Assembly: GCA_963735035.1 (NCBI GenBank)
Contig: CAVTJJ010000006.1
Location: 224,001 to 288,000 of the forward strand
DNA length: 64,000 nt
Source of the DNA: an uncultured candidate division Zixibacteria bacterium
Lineage (GTDB): Bacteria > Zixibacteria > MSB-5A5 > GN15 > FEB-12
Direction of reading: 5' to 3'
The position numbers were made by a program, and so were the translations under genes. Below the pieces are notes generated by a model. That model had not been told where the DNA came from. It did no database searches and saw only the letters and a list, made by a program, of their open reading frames with translations. Position 1 is the first letter of the stretch, and each line of letters opens with the position of its first letter. Of this stretch, positions 8,958 to 18,607 are shown piece by piece.

Positions 8958-11546
8958 TTACATGATCACAACCAACTTGCCGACCTGCGAATTGCCCTGA
9001 TCATCCTCCACCACCCAATAGTACAAGCCGCTTACCACAAGCTGGAAGTTCTTATTGATCAAATCCCAGGTAGCGTGATTGGCCAGGTAGTCGTTCGGAT
9101 CGCCGTCGTGGTGCAACTCCCGAACGAGGTCGCCGTTCAGCGTGAAGATGCTGATCGTGCATTTCGGCGGCAGGTTGGCGAAATGCACGAGACGCTTCTT
9201 GTCAGGATCGGAGATGTGCCACTTGCCTATTCCCTCGTAACCACGATCGAGGTAATCCTCGTCGATCCGGTACGGATTTGGGTAGACGAAGACTTCAAGC
9301 CCCTCAGCGGCTATCACCTCCGACGACGGCAGTGGATAGACCGCCCTGGCCTTGCTTGACGGATCACCTTCGAGACCGGCCAGGCCCAGACCGGGATAGC
9401 CGTGATCGAAAGCCGTGACATTGACATAGTACGGAACCGTGGCCAGCAGACCATCGAACACGTATTCATACTCGTAGTACTTGAGAAATCCGTCCGGGGT
9501 AAAATAGGTTGTATCACTGCGGTCGGGATAGTTGACATCAAGCGAATCAAGGTTCAAGAACGGTGGTGCGGGGGCGTCGGGATAGACTCTCTTGATGCCG
9601 GAATTGGCCATCAGTGGGTTGTCGGCCATGATCGACCGGTTCGCGCCGCACGGTTCAAAGTAATACACCCGGGGATCAACTTTGGGTCCCCCCGGTATGA
9701 TCAGCGGATTGTCCCGTGTGTAGAATTCGGGCCGCCAGGTAGTATCATTGCAGTTACCGGCAAAAGTACATCGCAATTGCCCAAGCGTATACGGTGTGGC
9801 CGCGCAAACAAAGCTTCGCGACTCTGTGTTCCATGTCCAGCGAAACCAGTTCTCTTTATCATAAGTCGTCACGAGTCCGAAACTCGACGGGCGCGAGTCG
9901 TGAGCGAGATAGACAGCATACCCTTCGAAATCGTACTGGTGCGAGAACGGATCTATGGTCGCTTCAGTGGCGGCGCCGTTCCAGACCAGACGAATCTTGC
10001 CGACCTCCGGATAGACCCGCAGAGCCGGGATCGTGTCGCCGTTCTCGTTGACGTAGTTATAGACCGCCGGATTGGGAGGCGGGAAAGCCCCGCGAAAGTC
10101 AGGCACTCCGTCGCCGCTCCGCCAAACCGTGTCGCCCACACCATAATCCCAGCGACATAGTTCGTAACTCGTGTCGGGGTCGGCCGTGGTGTCCACAAGT
10201 GTGTCGCACTTCCAGACCGAATCGTCCGGATGGCAGATCAGAAATTCTCCGGCGTAACCGTCACCGTCAGTGTCGATTCCGGGATTGTCATAAATCCATT
10301 TTGCCCACATGGCATTGCGGGCCAGTTGATCGAAATAGACGTGCTGGTACCAGCCGTACGGATCGTATGGCAGCAGGCGATCTATATAATTGTATCGATG
10401 AAAACTCTTACCCGCCACGAAGGCAGTCGTGAACTTGATCGTCTGGCCGGGGTCGAGGCCAAACGGTCCGACTGATACCATATAGCGAGGGTCCAGTCCG
10501 GTCAGGACCGAATCCATCTCGTCCTCCGGTGGCAGAACCCAGTCAGGATCAAAACTCAACATGGTGCTCTGAAAAGCCTGGTCGTAGTCCCGCTCACCGT
10601 TGCTCAGGAAATGGTACCACTCTTCATTGGTATAGGGAACACCCAGACCGCCTCGCACCAACGGTCGATAAGTGATACGCTTCTGTGGGCCAAAGTTTCT
10701 GAATTCATCTCTCCATGAACCCGACCACCAGTTGAAAGTAACGGTCTCGGAATCTCTGGGAGTTCTGATGAACATCAAGCCGGTAATATCCAAAAGATGA
10801 ACTTCCTGCTGCGGCCTCCTCATGTTACCGTCGTTGTCCGCCGTCCAGGCAATGTTGAAGGCATCGGTATCGGGCGGGCAGCCGTCGGGCAGATAAGTGG
10901 CGGGAAATTTCTCCAAGAGCCCGACCATGTCATCGTCGGCGCCGTTTGGGTCCATCCCGGGCGCCCGGGACATGACATCACCATCGGCATAGACGCCGAT
11001 GTAAACCCGACTGAGGCGCTGGGAACCGACGTTCTTGACAGCATAGTCAAAGAGCACCAGATCCTGAGCGTATTCATATACCCAGGAACGCGAGCGTTCC
11101 CGGACTTCGACATTCAGCGGATGATAGTTGCCACAGTTGGTACAGGTGTCATAGTAGATCGCCATGCAGTCTTGATGGGCCGACGTACTGTCATACCACG
11201 GGAGGTTAGGATCCATGCTGGAAGTTTCGATGATCTTGCCATGGGGTGCGGCAGCCGGCTCGAAACTTTGAACGACCAGGGTGTCGCCCCCCTGAACGGC
11301 TCCGATTACCAGGTTGGCGCCGGAAAGGTAGAACTTGTACGATCCTTTGGGATACTCGGCTCCGTTGAACGAACCATCGTTGGAAACCCACAAGCGTAAC
11401 CGGCCGAGTCCATGCACGGCTCCGTCGTAGTCCGGCTCCCCGTCTGCCTGTATTCCAGAACTGGCGGGCGCAGGTGTCCGCGATCCGGCTCCGAACACCG
11501 TTCCAGTCAACGCCAATAACAAAGCAAACCAACGATGCATTCGCAT
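8958..11546 (-). CDS. Large secreted protein with T9SS C-terminal sorting domain (paralog of 5891-8308)
   Basis: Signal peptide MRMHRWFALLLALTGTVFG; shares WxYDNPGxDTDxDGY, GDGVPDFRG, DFEGY, KYYEYEY and VYPNPYR...GKLV with its convergent paralog. Confidence 0.82.
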   Translation of the reverse strand: MRMHRWFALLLALTGTVFGAGSRTPAPASSGIQADGEPDYDGAVHGLGRLRLWVSNDGSFNGAEYPKGSYKFYLSGANLVIGAVQGGDTLVVQSFEPAAAPHGKIIETSSMDPNLPWYDSTSAHQDCMAIYYDTCTNCGNYHPLNVEVRERSRSWVYEYAQDLVLFDYAVKNVGSQRLSRVYIGVYADGDVMSRAPGMDPNGADDDMVGLLEKFPATYLPDGCPPDTDAFNIAWTADNDGNMRRPQQEVHLLDITGLMFIRTPRDSETVTFNWWSGSWRDEFRNFGPQKRITYRPLVRGGLGVPYTNEEWYHFLSNGERDYDQAFQSTMLSFDPDWVLPPEDEMDSVLTGLDPRYMVSVGPFGLDPGQTIKFTTAFVAGKSFHRYNYIDRLLPYDPYGWYQHVYFDQLARNAMWAKWIYDNPGIDTDGDGYAGEFLICHPDDSVWKCDTLVDTTADPDTSYELCRWDYGVGDTVWRSGDGVPDFRGAFPPPNPAVYNYVNENGDTIPALRVYPEVGKIRLVWNGAATEATIDPFSHQYDFEGYAVYLAHDSRPSSFGLVTTYDKENWFRWTWNTESRSFVCAATPYTLGQLRCTFAGNCNDTTWRPEFYTRDNPLIIPGGPKVDPRVYYFEPCGANRSIMADNPLMANSGIKRVYPDAPAPPFLNLDSLDVNYPDRSDTTYFTPDGFLKYYEYEYVFDGLLATVPYYVNVTAFDHGYPGLGLAGLEGDPSSKARAVYPLPSSEVIAAEGLEVFVYPNPYRIDEDYLDRGYEGIGKWHISDPDKKRLVHFANLPPKCTISIFTLNGDLVRELHHDGDPNDYLANHATWDLINKNFQLVVSGLYYWVVEDDQGNSQVGKLVVIM

Positions 11547-11701
11547 GCAGTTTACGCTCCTGGTTCAATCTAAACGACCGTTGGTGGAGAGTAAAGGCCT
11601 ATCGGGCGCTTTCTTTACCAGTTGACAGGACCGCCCAATCCGCTTTCTTGAGCCAAAACCGACTCGCGCGATGATACAATTCTTCCAGCAAGGATGACCG
11701 T

Positions 11702-12895
11702 ATGCGTTTGTATGAATTCGAAGGCAAAAGACTCTTCCAGCAATTTCACATTCCCACTCCGCAAGGACGAATCGCCGCAACTCCCGATGAGGTTTACGAC
11801 ATAGTAAAGACCCTCGGCCCGGCGGTGCTCAAATCGCAGGTTCTTACCGGCGGACGCGGCAAGGCCGGCGGTATCAAAGTCGCCGACGATCCCGATCAGG
11901 CCCGAACTCTGGCGGAACAACTCTTCAAACTGACCATCAAGGGCTTTCCGGTCGAACGGCTGCTGATCGAGCCGAAACTCGACATCGCCCATGAATACTA
12001 CCTCGGCGTCACGATTGACCGCGCCAACTACAAAATTGTCGTGATCGCGTCCGGCGAAGGCGGGATGGATATCGAAGAAACCGCCGCTAAACATCCGGAC
12101 AAGATCGTACGCATGTCGTACTCGATCCATGAACCGCTCTACGGTTTCGATGCGTACAGCATCGCCCGGAAAATCGGCATCCCGGCCGAACTGACCAAGA
12201 CCGCGAGCACGATCATTCAGAATCTGTTCACGCTGTTCAAAGCGTACGACGCCAAAATGGCCGAGATCAACCCGCTCGTTTTGACCAAAGACGGCAAGCT
12301 GATCGCTGCCGATTCGCGCATCTCGCTCGACGACGACGCTCTGTTCCGCCATCCCGAGCTCAAAGAGCAGGGGATCGAGAAGCGCCACGAAGAAGGCGAG
12401 CTGACCCCGCGCGAAAGACAGGCGACCGAGTGGGATATCCCATATCTCGACCTCGACGGCGATATCGGCATGTTTCCCGGAGGGGCGGGATTTGGCATTA
12501 TGGGGAACGACTTCATACATTACTATGGCGGCAAGCCGGCCAATTTCATGGATTCCGGCGGTGGACCGTCCCCGGAGAATATTGCGAAGATGCTGGTGTT
12601 GCTCGATGAAAATCCGAACGTCAAAGCGATCTTTGGCGCCCGATTCGGCGGTATCAGCCGGTGTGACGATTTCGCCAAGGGCGTGGTCATGTTCCTCAAG
12701 AATCATGGTCTGTCCAAGCCGATGGTAGTCCGGATGACTGGCAACATGTGGCAGGAAGGCGTACGGTTGTTCGACGAGGCAAAAAAGGAGAATCCCAAAC
12801 TGATGGAGAAGATCGAATTTCACGGCATCGAGACGCCGATCGAAGAAATCTCCAAACGGGCGGTCGAGCTGGCGCGGATCGAAAGGGGTCGGTAA
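11702..12895 (+). CDS. sucC: ADP-forming succinate--CoA ligase beta subunit family (divergent)
   Basis: LYEFEGK, KSQVLTGGRGKAGG, EINPL, DDDALFRH, GGKPANFMDSGGG. Confidence 0.85.
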   Translation: MRLYEFEGKRLFQQFHIPTPQGRIAATPDEVYDIVKTLGPAVLKSQVLTGGRGKAGGIKVADDPDQARTLAEQLFKLTIKGFPVERLLIEPKLDIAHEYYLGVTIDRANYKIVVIASGEGGMDIEETAAKHPDKIVRMSYSIHEPLYGFDAYSIARKIGIPAELTKTASTIIQNLFTLFKAYDAKMAEINPLVLTKDGKLIAADSRISLDDDALFRHPELKEQGIEKRHEEGELTPRERQATEWDIPYLDLDGDIGMFPGGAGFGIMGNDFIHYYGGKPANFMDSGGGPSPENIAKMLVLLDENPNVKAIFGARFGGISRCDDFAKGVVMFLKNHGLSKPMVVRMTGNMWQEGVRLFDEAKKENPKLMEKIEFHGIETPIEEISKRAVELARIERGR

Positions 12896-13761
12896 TGGCT
12901 ATCCTGGTTGACAAGAAAAGCAAAGTGATCGTGCAGGGGATCACCGGCGGCGCGGGCAAGTTTCATTGCGAGCGGATGCTTGCTTATGGCACCAACATTG
13001 TCGGCGGCACGTCGCCGGGTAAGGGCGGCCAGAAAGTGTTCGACAAGCCGGTGTTCGACACGGTCGAGGATGCCGTCAAAGCTACCGGCGCGGATACGTC
13101 GGTGATTTTCCTCCCGGCGCAGTTTGTCAAAGAGGCGACTATCGAAGCCATCCGCGCGGGGATTAAGTTCCTCGTGGTCGTGCCGGAACACATTCCTATT
13201 CAGGACATGCTGGTGGTGCGCGAAGAAGCGATCAAGCACAACGCGACGGTCATCGGCGGCAACACCGCGGGGATCATCACGCCGGGCGAGGCGAATCTCG
13301 GCATCATGCCGGATATCGCGTTCAAACCCGGACGGGTCGGCACGGTTTCGCGCTCCGGCTCGATCACGTACTATGTGGCCGACACGCTCACCCGCACAGG
13401 CTACGGCGAGACCACCTGTGTGGGGCTGGGCGGCGACCCGGTGCTGGGATCGACGTTCGCGGAAATCCTCTGGAAGTTCGAGCAGGACGACAAGACCAAA
13501 GCGGTGGTGATGACGGGCGAGATCGGCGGCGTCTATGAAGAACAGGCGTGCGATACGATTCGCAAGATGAAAACGCCGGTGCTCGCGATGATTGGCGGCA
13601 TCTATGCGCCGCCCGGAAAACGGATGGGCCACGCGGGTGCGATTGTGGAAGGGAAAATGGGGACGGCGCAGGAGAAGCTGGACGCGTTGTCGGCGGCCGG
13701 TGCGCACGCCTGCCGCACGTTCGAAGACATCCCCAAGACGCTGAAGAAGATTGGGGTGTAG
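12895..13761 (+). CDS. sucD: Succinate--CoA ligase alpha subunit
   Basis: ATG overlaps the sucC stop (TAATG); [23 protein letters not shown], phospho-His RMGHAGA. Confidence 0.9.
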   Translation: MAILVDKKSKVIVQGITGGAGKFHCERMLAYGTNIVGGTSPGKGGQKVFDKPVFDTVEDAVKATGADTSVIFLPAQFVKEATIEAIRAGIKFLVVVPEHIPIQDMLVVREEAIKHNATVIGGNTAGIITPGEANLGIMPDIAFKPGRVGTVSRSGSITYYVADTLTRTGYGETTCVGLGGDPVLGSTFAEILWKFEQDDKTKAVVMTGEIGGVYEEQACDTIRKMKTPVLAMIGGIYAPPGKRMGHAGAIVEGKMGTAQEKLDALSAAGAHACRTFEDIPKTLKKIGV

Positions 13762-13858
13762 GTGGACGCGCAAAGAGGTCCAGAGACAGAAATCTTGACA
13801 AACCGAGTCTCATGTCCAATATTGGGTAGAACTTGGTTGAGTTGACGGGGAAAGATCG

Positions 13859-14458
13859 ATGGATGAGCAGAATCTACCGAAGGGAATGAGTCTCGAAAGG
13901 GAATTCTCGGAGTTTATGGTGCGACGGCTTGGCTATGATAGTGTGAAGCTCCGAGTCCCAGTAACAGGGCGCGTTGCTCAGAGAAATTACGAAGTTGACG
14001 TGAAGGGGATGAAATATGAAAGGCGTTGGGAGCCGCTTACACGGGTGGGGATATTCCTGCTGTTAGTGGCTATCGCGACTCTCCTTTTACCCAAGGAATT
14101 TCGAGCTGTAAGCACATTCTTCGAAGGCCTGATTGGCGGCATTAATCCTTCGCTTGCTGCATACGCAATGTTCATAGTGGGAGCTCTCGCAATTGTCCTG
14201 GCTTATGCGGGAAAGCGCCAGTCGGAAGTCTTTGCTTGGGTCGAATGTAAAGACAGACAGTCCAATGTGAAGAGAGCTCAAGTTCAGAAGTTAATATCCT
14301 CGTCTGAGGATGTAATTGAGAATGAGGGCGCCAAATGGAAGCCGTCAATCCTCATAATGGTCAGCGGCTCTGATTTTGATGAGGATGCACTCAACTTCGC
14401 TGAAGAGCACGACATTCAGTGCTTCAGGCGGAAGGGGAAAAGCTTCGAAGAAATCTAA
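13859..14458 (+). CDS. Mrr-like PD-(D/E)XK restriction endonuclease fold with two internal TM helices
   Basis: LEREFSEF, YEVDV, two hydrophobic helices, WVECKD, VKRAQVQKL, VSGSDFDEDALNFA match the Mrr_cat motif order. Confidence 0.65.
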   Translation: MDEQNLPKGMSLEREFSEFMVRRLGYDSVKLRVPVTGRVAQRNYEVDVKGMKYERRWEPLTRVGIFLLLVAIATLLLPKEFRAVSTFFEGLIGGINPSLAAYAMFIVGALAIVLAYAGKRQSEVFAWVECKDRQSNVKRAQVQKLISSSEDVIENEGAKWKPSILIMVSGSDFDEDALNFAEEHDIQCFRRKGKSFEEI

Positions 14459-14486
14459 TCATGATGACAGGTCAAAGGACGTGTGA

Positions 14487-15026
14487 ATGAGTGATTTTCT
14501 GTCGCTGATCAGTAGGCTCTTGCTATTCTGCACGATTATGCCAGGTGCGACGGCTTTCCTACTAATTGTTCTACTCTACCAAAATTGTTTTCGCTCAGAT
14601 ATCCCCGCTATTGAAGTAGCAGGGTGGATTTGGGGATTGGGAATTATCGCGAACGGACTCGGGCACGCCCTTGAACAGTTGCTTGCTCGCTGCAAAAGGT
14701 GTAGGTGTTGCAACGGAAAGGGTTGGGAACACTATGGATGGCATTTTGCTAAGATGCGCAAGGACGGTTCGCCTGGCGCGGAAAGGCTTCGCACATATAT
14801 AGACTATGCAATTCTAACCCGCATTTGGTACTGGAATACGGCTGTAGGCATTGCTTTTGTTTTACTGGCGAGGGCTGCTGATTCGTGGTGGAACTGGTCA
14901 AGCGGATCTATAAGTGGTTTCTGGACAGTTGTATCGCTATCCATTGTTCTTCTGGTTTCGCTCGGATATTCCGCCTTAGGCATGGGTAGGAGAGCACGTA
15001 AACTGGTCGAAATGGTTGCAAAGTAA
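14487..15026 (+). CDS. Hypothetical 4-TM membrane protein
   Basis: AAGGA RBS; four hydrophobic segments and a Cys-rich loop (CKRCRCC); more AT-rich than flanking core genes. Confidence 0.6.
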   Translation: MSDFLSLISRLLLFCTIMPGATAFLLIVLLYQNCFRSDIPAIEVAGWIWGLGIIANGLGHALEQLLARCKRCRCCNGKGWEHYGWHFAKMRKDGSPGAERLRTYIDYAILTRIWYWNTAVGIAFVLLARAADSWWNWSSGSISGFWTVVSLSIVLLVSLGYSALGMGRRARKLVEMVAK

Positions 15027-15029
15027 GAC

Positions 15030-15185
15030 TGGTAGCCCACAGCTCTGCTGTGGGTAGCTCGATTCGAATCGGGAAGGGGCAGACGAGGACGTCTGCCGCC
15101 CACAAATACGACGAGGCCCCCCGATCAAGTCGGGGCAGGCTCTGACGCAACCACCATCGGCCGGTGGCCAACCATTTATGGTGGG
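15030..15185. repeat. REP-like palindrome cluster
   Basis: gtagcccacagctctgctgtggg, ggggcagacgaggacgtctgccgcccaca, ccccgatcaagtcgggg. Confidence 0.75.
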
Positions 15186-15265
15186 TCTCCCATATGCCAC
15201 ACAATTTCATACTTGCTCCAACTGAGCGCCCCTCTATAATTCGTATCAACACAAAGGAGGAAAAG

Positions 15266-15757
15266 ATGTCCAAGAAAAATTGCAGTCTGATCGCGGTGGC
15301 CGTCCTCGCTTTCATCCTCGTTGCACAACCGATTCTGGCGCAGGAAAAGCCGATCCAGCTTTCGTTGTTCTCGCCGGTTCAACTTGTTCCGGAGGCTTCG
15401 GCCATAGCAGGTGTCCGGCTTAGTCTGATCTACGGAAAGAACACGCATGTCACCGGCCTGGATTGGGGGCTGGTCAGTCATTGTACGTCAGGAATGTCCA
15501 AGGGTGTGCAATTCGGGCTGGTCGGTTTTGTCGAAGCGGACTTTATGGGTTGGCAGAATACGGTGGTGAACTATACGAAGGGGAATTTCGAGGGATTCCA
15601 GTGGGGTTTTGTGAACTACGCCGGCCACGCCAACGGATTTCAACTCGGATTTGTCAACTATGCCATGACCATGCACGGTCTGCAGATCGGATTGGTCAAC
15701 ATCATCAAGCAGGGCGGTCAGTTCCCGGTCTTTCCTATAATCAACTGGTCGTTCTAG
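15266..15757 (+). CDS. Secreted beta-solenoid repeat protein (LA_2272/VC2662-like)
   Basis: AAGGAGG RBS, signal peptide, repeated GxQxGxVN units, C-terminal FPIINWSF. Confidence 0.8.
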   Translation: MSKKNCSLIAVAVLAFILVAQPILAQEKPIQLSLFSPVQLVPEASAIAGVRLSLIYGKNTHVTGLDWGLVSHCTSGMSKGVQFGLVGFVEADFMGWQNTVVNYTKGNFEGFQWGFVNYAGHANGFQLGFVNYAMTMHGLQIGLVNIIKQGGQFPVFPIINWSF

Positions 15758-15769
15758 AATAGAAACCGT

Positions 15770-16135
15770 CTCGGCAGGTGGCCCACCCTTTGGGTGGGAT
15801 GCACTCCGCTCTCTGTCTTGCCCCGCTTTAGGCGGGGCACCCATCTTCGATTGGGTGGCCCACCAGTTGTGTAGGATTCGCGTTTGACCTGAAGTTTCAT
15901 ACGCATGACTATGGCGGCTTTGAGGCAAATCCACCCTACTATTTCAAACGGTTCGTAGCACCGTCATTCCCGCCCGCCGCGGCGGGGGAATCTATGTCCA
16001 CTCGCGATTGCGAGCAAGCAAGTGCCACACAGTGGAGACAATGGGCGTCAGGTCACATTCCCGCTTGCCTTCTGCAACCGGGAACAAGACCCGACGCAAC
16101 CACAACGGCGGGTTTGAAGCAGCACCGCCCTACTA
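15770..16135. repeat. REP-like palindrome cluster
   Basis: tgtcttgccccgctttaggcggggcaccca, gtagg...caccctac, gtcattcccgcccgccgcggcgggggaatc. Confidence 0.7.
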
Positions 16136-16249
16136 TTACTAATTAAGTACTATTATTTATGAAACAATATGCTTGACCTTAGCGTAGAACTTGGTAAATA
16201 GTATCGTAAACCCCAGTCGGGCCAGGCTGGAAGGCCCGGAAGTAGATAT

Positions 16250-16624
16250 ATGACGCTACCAGACAACGAGTTAATAGATAGAAAGTTCCAGAAGGAACTC
16301 AACTCCGGCACCGCCGCGCTGGTCCTTCTGACCGTTCTGGGTCAGGCGACTGAACCGATGTACGGCTACCAGATCGCCAAACATCTAGATACAGGCAGTG
16401 ACGAGGTCCCCGTCAAGCAGGGGGCGTTATACCCGGTTCTCCGGTCGCTTGAGGCAGGCGGTCTCTTGGAGAGCCGGGTGGAGCCATCGGTGTCGGGGCC
16501 GCCGCGTCGCTACTACCAAATCACCCCGGCGGGGCGAGACACGCTGCGACAATGGATCGAAATCTGGAACCGTACCAGGACTTTTGTGGAATCGACTTTG
16601 GAAGGAATACGACATGACGAATAG
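16250..16624 (+). CDS. PadR family transcriptional regulator
   Basis: MYGYQIAK, GALYPVLRSLE, RRYYQITPAGR. Confidence 0.92.
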   Translation: MTLPDNELIDRKFQKELNSGTAALVLLTVLGQATEPMYGYQIAKHLDTGSDEVPVKQGALYPVLRSLEAGGLLESRVEPSVSGPPRRYYQITPAGRDTLRQWIEIWNRTRTFVESTLEGIRHDE

Positions 16625-17513
16625 CATTGGCGAATACTTGAGAGAGCTTCGTCACGAGTTGGCCGGGGCCGATCCGGCTACGATCGTCGACGCTCTTACC
16701 GATACCGAAGACCATCTGACCACGGCCCTCGCCGGGGCGCTGGCCGAACGACCGGAGATGTCGGAAGTTGACGCAGTGGCGCAAGTAATCGCCCGATACG
16801 GCACGCCGGCCGAGATAGCGGCCGCCTATCGCGACGTCGAAGGGCGCACCCGCCCGTCGCTGGCCGTGCCGGAGAAATACGACGAGCGCTCGGCGAGCTC
16901 GCGGTTCTTCGGAATCGTCTATGATCCTCGCGCCTGGGGGGCGCTCTTGTACATGTTCATTTCCATGATCACCGGGATTATCTATTTCACCTGGGTGTCT
17001 ACGGGTATCTATCTGTCTATTGGTATGCTGATTCTTATTATTGGCCTGCCCATTGCCTACTTGTTCCTCATGTCTTTCCGGGGAATCGCGCTGGTGGAAG
17101 GGCGGATCATCGAAGGTCTGTTGGGGGTGCGGATGCCACGCCGCGCGATTTTTTCACAGCCAGGTCTTAAATGGTGGGTTCAATTCAAGATTCTGGCGAC
17201 CGACAAGCGGACGTGGACGACGGTTGCTTACATGATGCTCCAGCTGCCGCTAGGTATAGTCTACTTTACGATCACGCTGGTACTTCTGACATTCTCGCTG
17301 ACACTGATTGCCAGTCCGATTCTGCGGTATGCGTTTAATATGCCGTTCATTACGCTCGAGCACTACCGGATTTATATGCCCGACAACCTGATGCCGGTCG
17401 CGGTATTTTTAGGTGTGATCCTCTTTGTGCTTCTGATGCACGCTGCTCGCGGTCTGGGGGGACTTCATGCCCGTCTGGCGCGCGCGCTGCTGGTAGGCGA
17501 GCAGGCGGGGTGA
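16614..17513 (+). CDS. HAAS-domain/putative-sensor membrane protein, PadR partner
   Basis: EYLRELRHEL...YGTPAEIAAAY N-terminal domain followed by 4 TM helices; overlaps the padR end. Confidence 0.8.
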   Translation: MTNSIGEYLRELRHELAGADPATIVDALTDTEDHLTTALAGALAERPEMSEVDAVAQVIARYGTPAEIAAAYRDVEGRTRPSLAVPEKYDERSASSRFFGIVYDPRAWGALLYMFISMITGIIYFTWVSTGIYLSIGMLILIIGLPIAYLFLMSFRGIALVEGRIIEGLLGVRMPRRAIFSQPGLKWWVQFKILATDKRTWTTVAYMMLQLPLGIVYFTITLVLLTFSLTLIASPILRYAFNMPFITLEHYRIYMPDNLMPVAVFLGVILFVLLMHAARGLGGLHARLARALLVGEQAG

Positions 17514-17533
17514 CGAGGGGCGCTTCAGTGAAG

Positions 17534-17562
17534 TCGGCAGATGTGGACATCTGCCGGGCACG
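17534..17562. repeat. Single REP-like palindrome
   Basis: cggcagatgtggacatctgccgggcac, identical core to the copy near 330-358. Confidence 0.75.
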
Positions 17563-17696
17563 GTGACAAGCCTCCTGATCTAATTTCCTCTTCTCGATTA
17601 CAACCACTCTCATAATTGCTGGTTGACAGCGATCATCACATCCGCTATTTCACACCCGGAGCGGATTGCCGCGCAACAAAGTTCCAAGGAGGGCGT

Positions 17697-18560
17697 ATGG
17701 CACTCACTATTCAACAAATCCGGGCGATGGCGCCAATTCTCAAACTGCACCCCAATGAAACTTGCTGGCCGATGGATCCAATAGAGTTCATCAAACAGTC
17801 CCGTTTTCGACACCATCAAGGTCTCGGTGCCGATCAGGGGTACAACAAGCGAGTCAAGCAGTGGATCGACGGCGACAAGGACGCTCCTGAATATTATGAC
17901 ATCCCGGTGGATTTCATCAACCGGTACACGGTCTGGAAGAACGACGAGAACCGAAGGCCGCGCGACTGTAACCGTGGTAGTCATTGGAATGTCTTCCTGG
18001 AACCGAAGGGCAAGCCGTCCGGTCATCCCGATCCAACCGGAAATGTGCCCGTGTTTTACTACCAATGTGCGGTTGATACCTCGAAGATTCCCAAGAAAGA
18101 GCGTGACCTTTTCGGCATCAAGGTCGAACAATTTCAGAGGATCAGCTACTGGTGGTTTATGGGCTACAACGAAGCGCCTGCCACGATTGATCATCAGGGC
18201 GACTGGGAGCATGTAACGATGAGATTCGAAAACGACAAGATTATCGGCGTGCACTTCGCCCGTCACGAAGAGCCGGTGAATTTTCTACCTGTGGATCAAC
18301 TCAGGACGTTGGGTGACAAAGTAATTGTCTTCTCTGCTAAGGGAACGCATGCTTCCTACCCGACGCCCGGTAATCGCAAGCTGATTCTGGGATTCGAGGA
18401 CGAAGTAGTGGATGGCGGTTATGCCTGGGATACATCGCAGAACCTGGCCAGTCTGCTTTCCCAACCCTGGCGCGACTATGCGGGTGCCTGGGGCAGAGTA
18501 GGAGAGACGGCGGCGACCACTGGTCCGCTGGGCCCGTGGCACAAACGACACAAAGCGTGA
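17697..18560 (+). CDS. Vps62-related protein
   Basis: AAGGAGG RBS; APILKLHPNE, SYWWFMGYN, HQGDWEH, FARHE, SAKGTHASYP, YAGAWG, GPLGP. Confidence 0.7.
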   Translation: MALTIQQIRAMAPILKLHPNETCWPMDPIEFIKQSRFRHHQGLGADQGYNKRVKQWIDGDKDAPEYYDIPVDFINRYTVWKNDENRRPRDCNRGSHWNVFLEPKGKPSGHPDPTGNVPVFYYQCAVDTSKIPKKERDLFGIKVEQFQRISYWWFMGYNEAPATIDHQGDWEHVTMRFENDKIIGVHFARHEEPVNFLPVDQLRTLGDKVIVFSAKGTHASYPTPGNRKLILGFEDEVVDGGYAWDTSQNLASLLSQPWRDYAGAWGRVGETAATTGPLGPWHKRHKA

Positions 18561-18607
18561 TGTAGCTCGTCCGAGATGATCTTGAACTTGCGATGAAGGT
18601 GGCTTGT

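Noticed and set aside
11615..13773. Long antisense ORFs opposite sucC/sucD (likewise opposite sdhB, moxR, recG and sprA)
   Set aside because: Shadow ORFs from GC-rich codon bias; the opposite strand encodes recognisable proteins.
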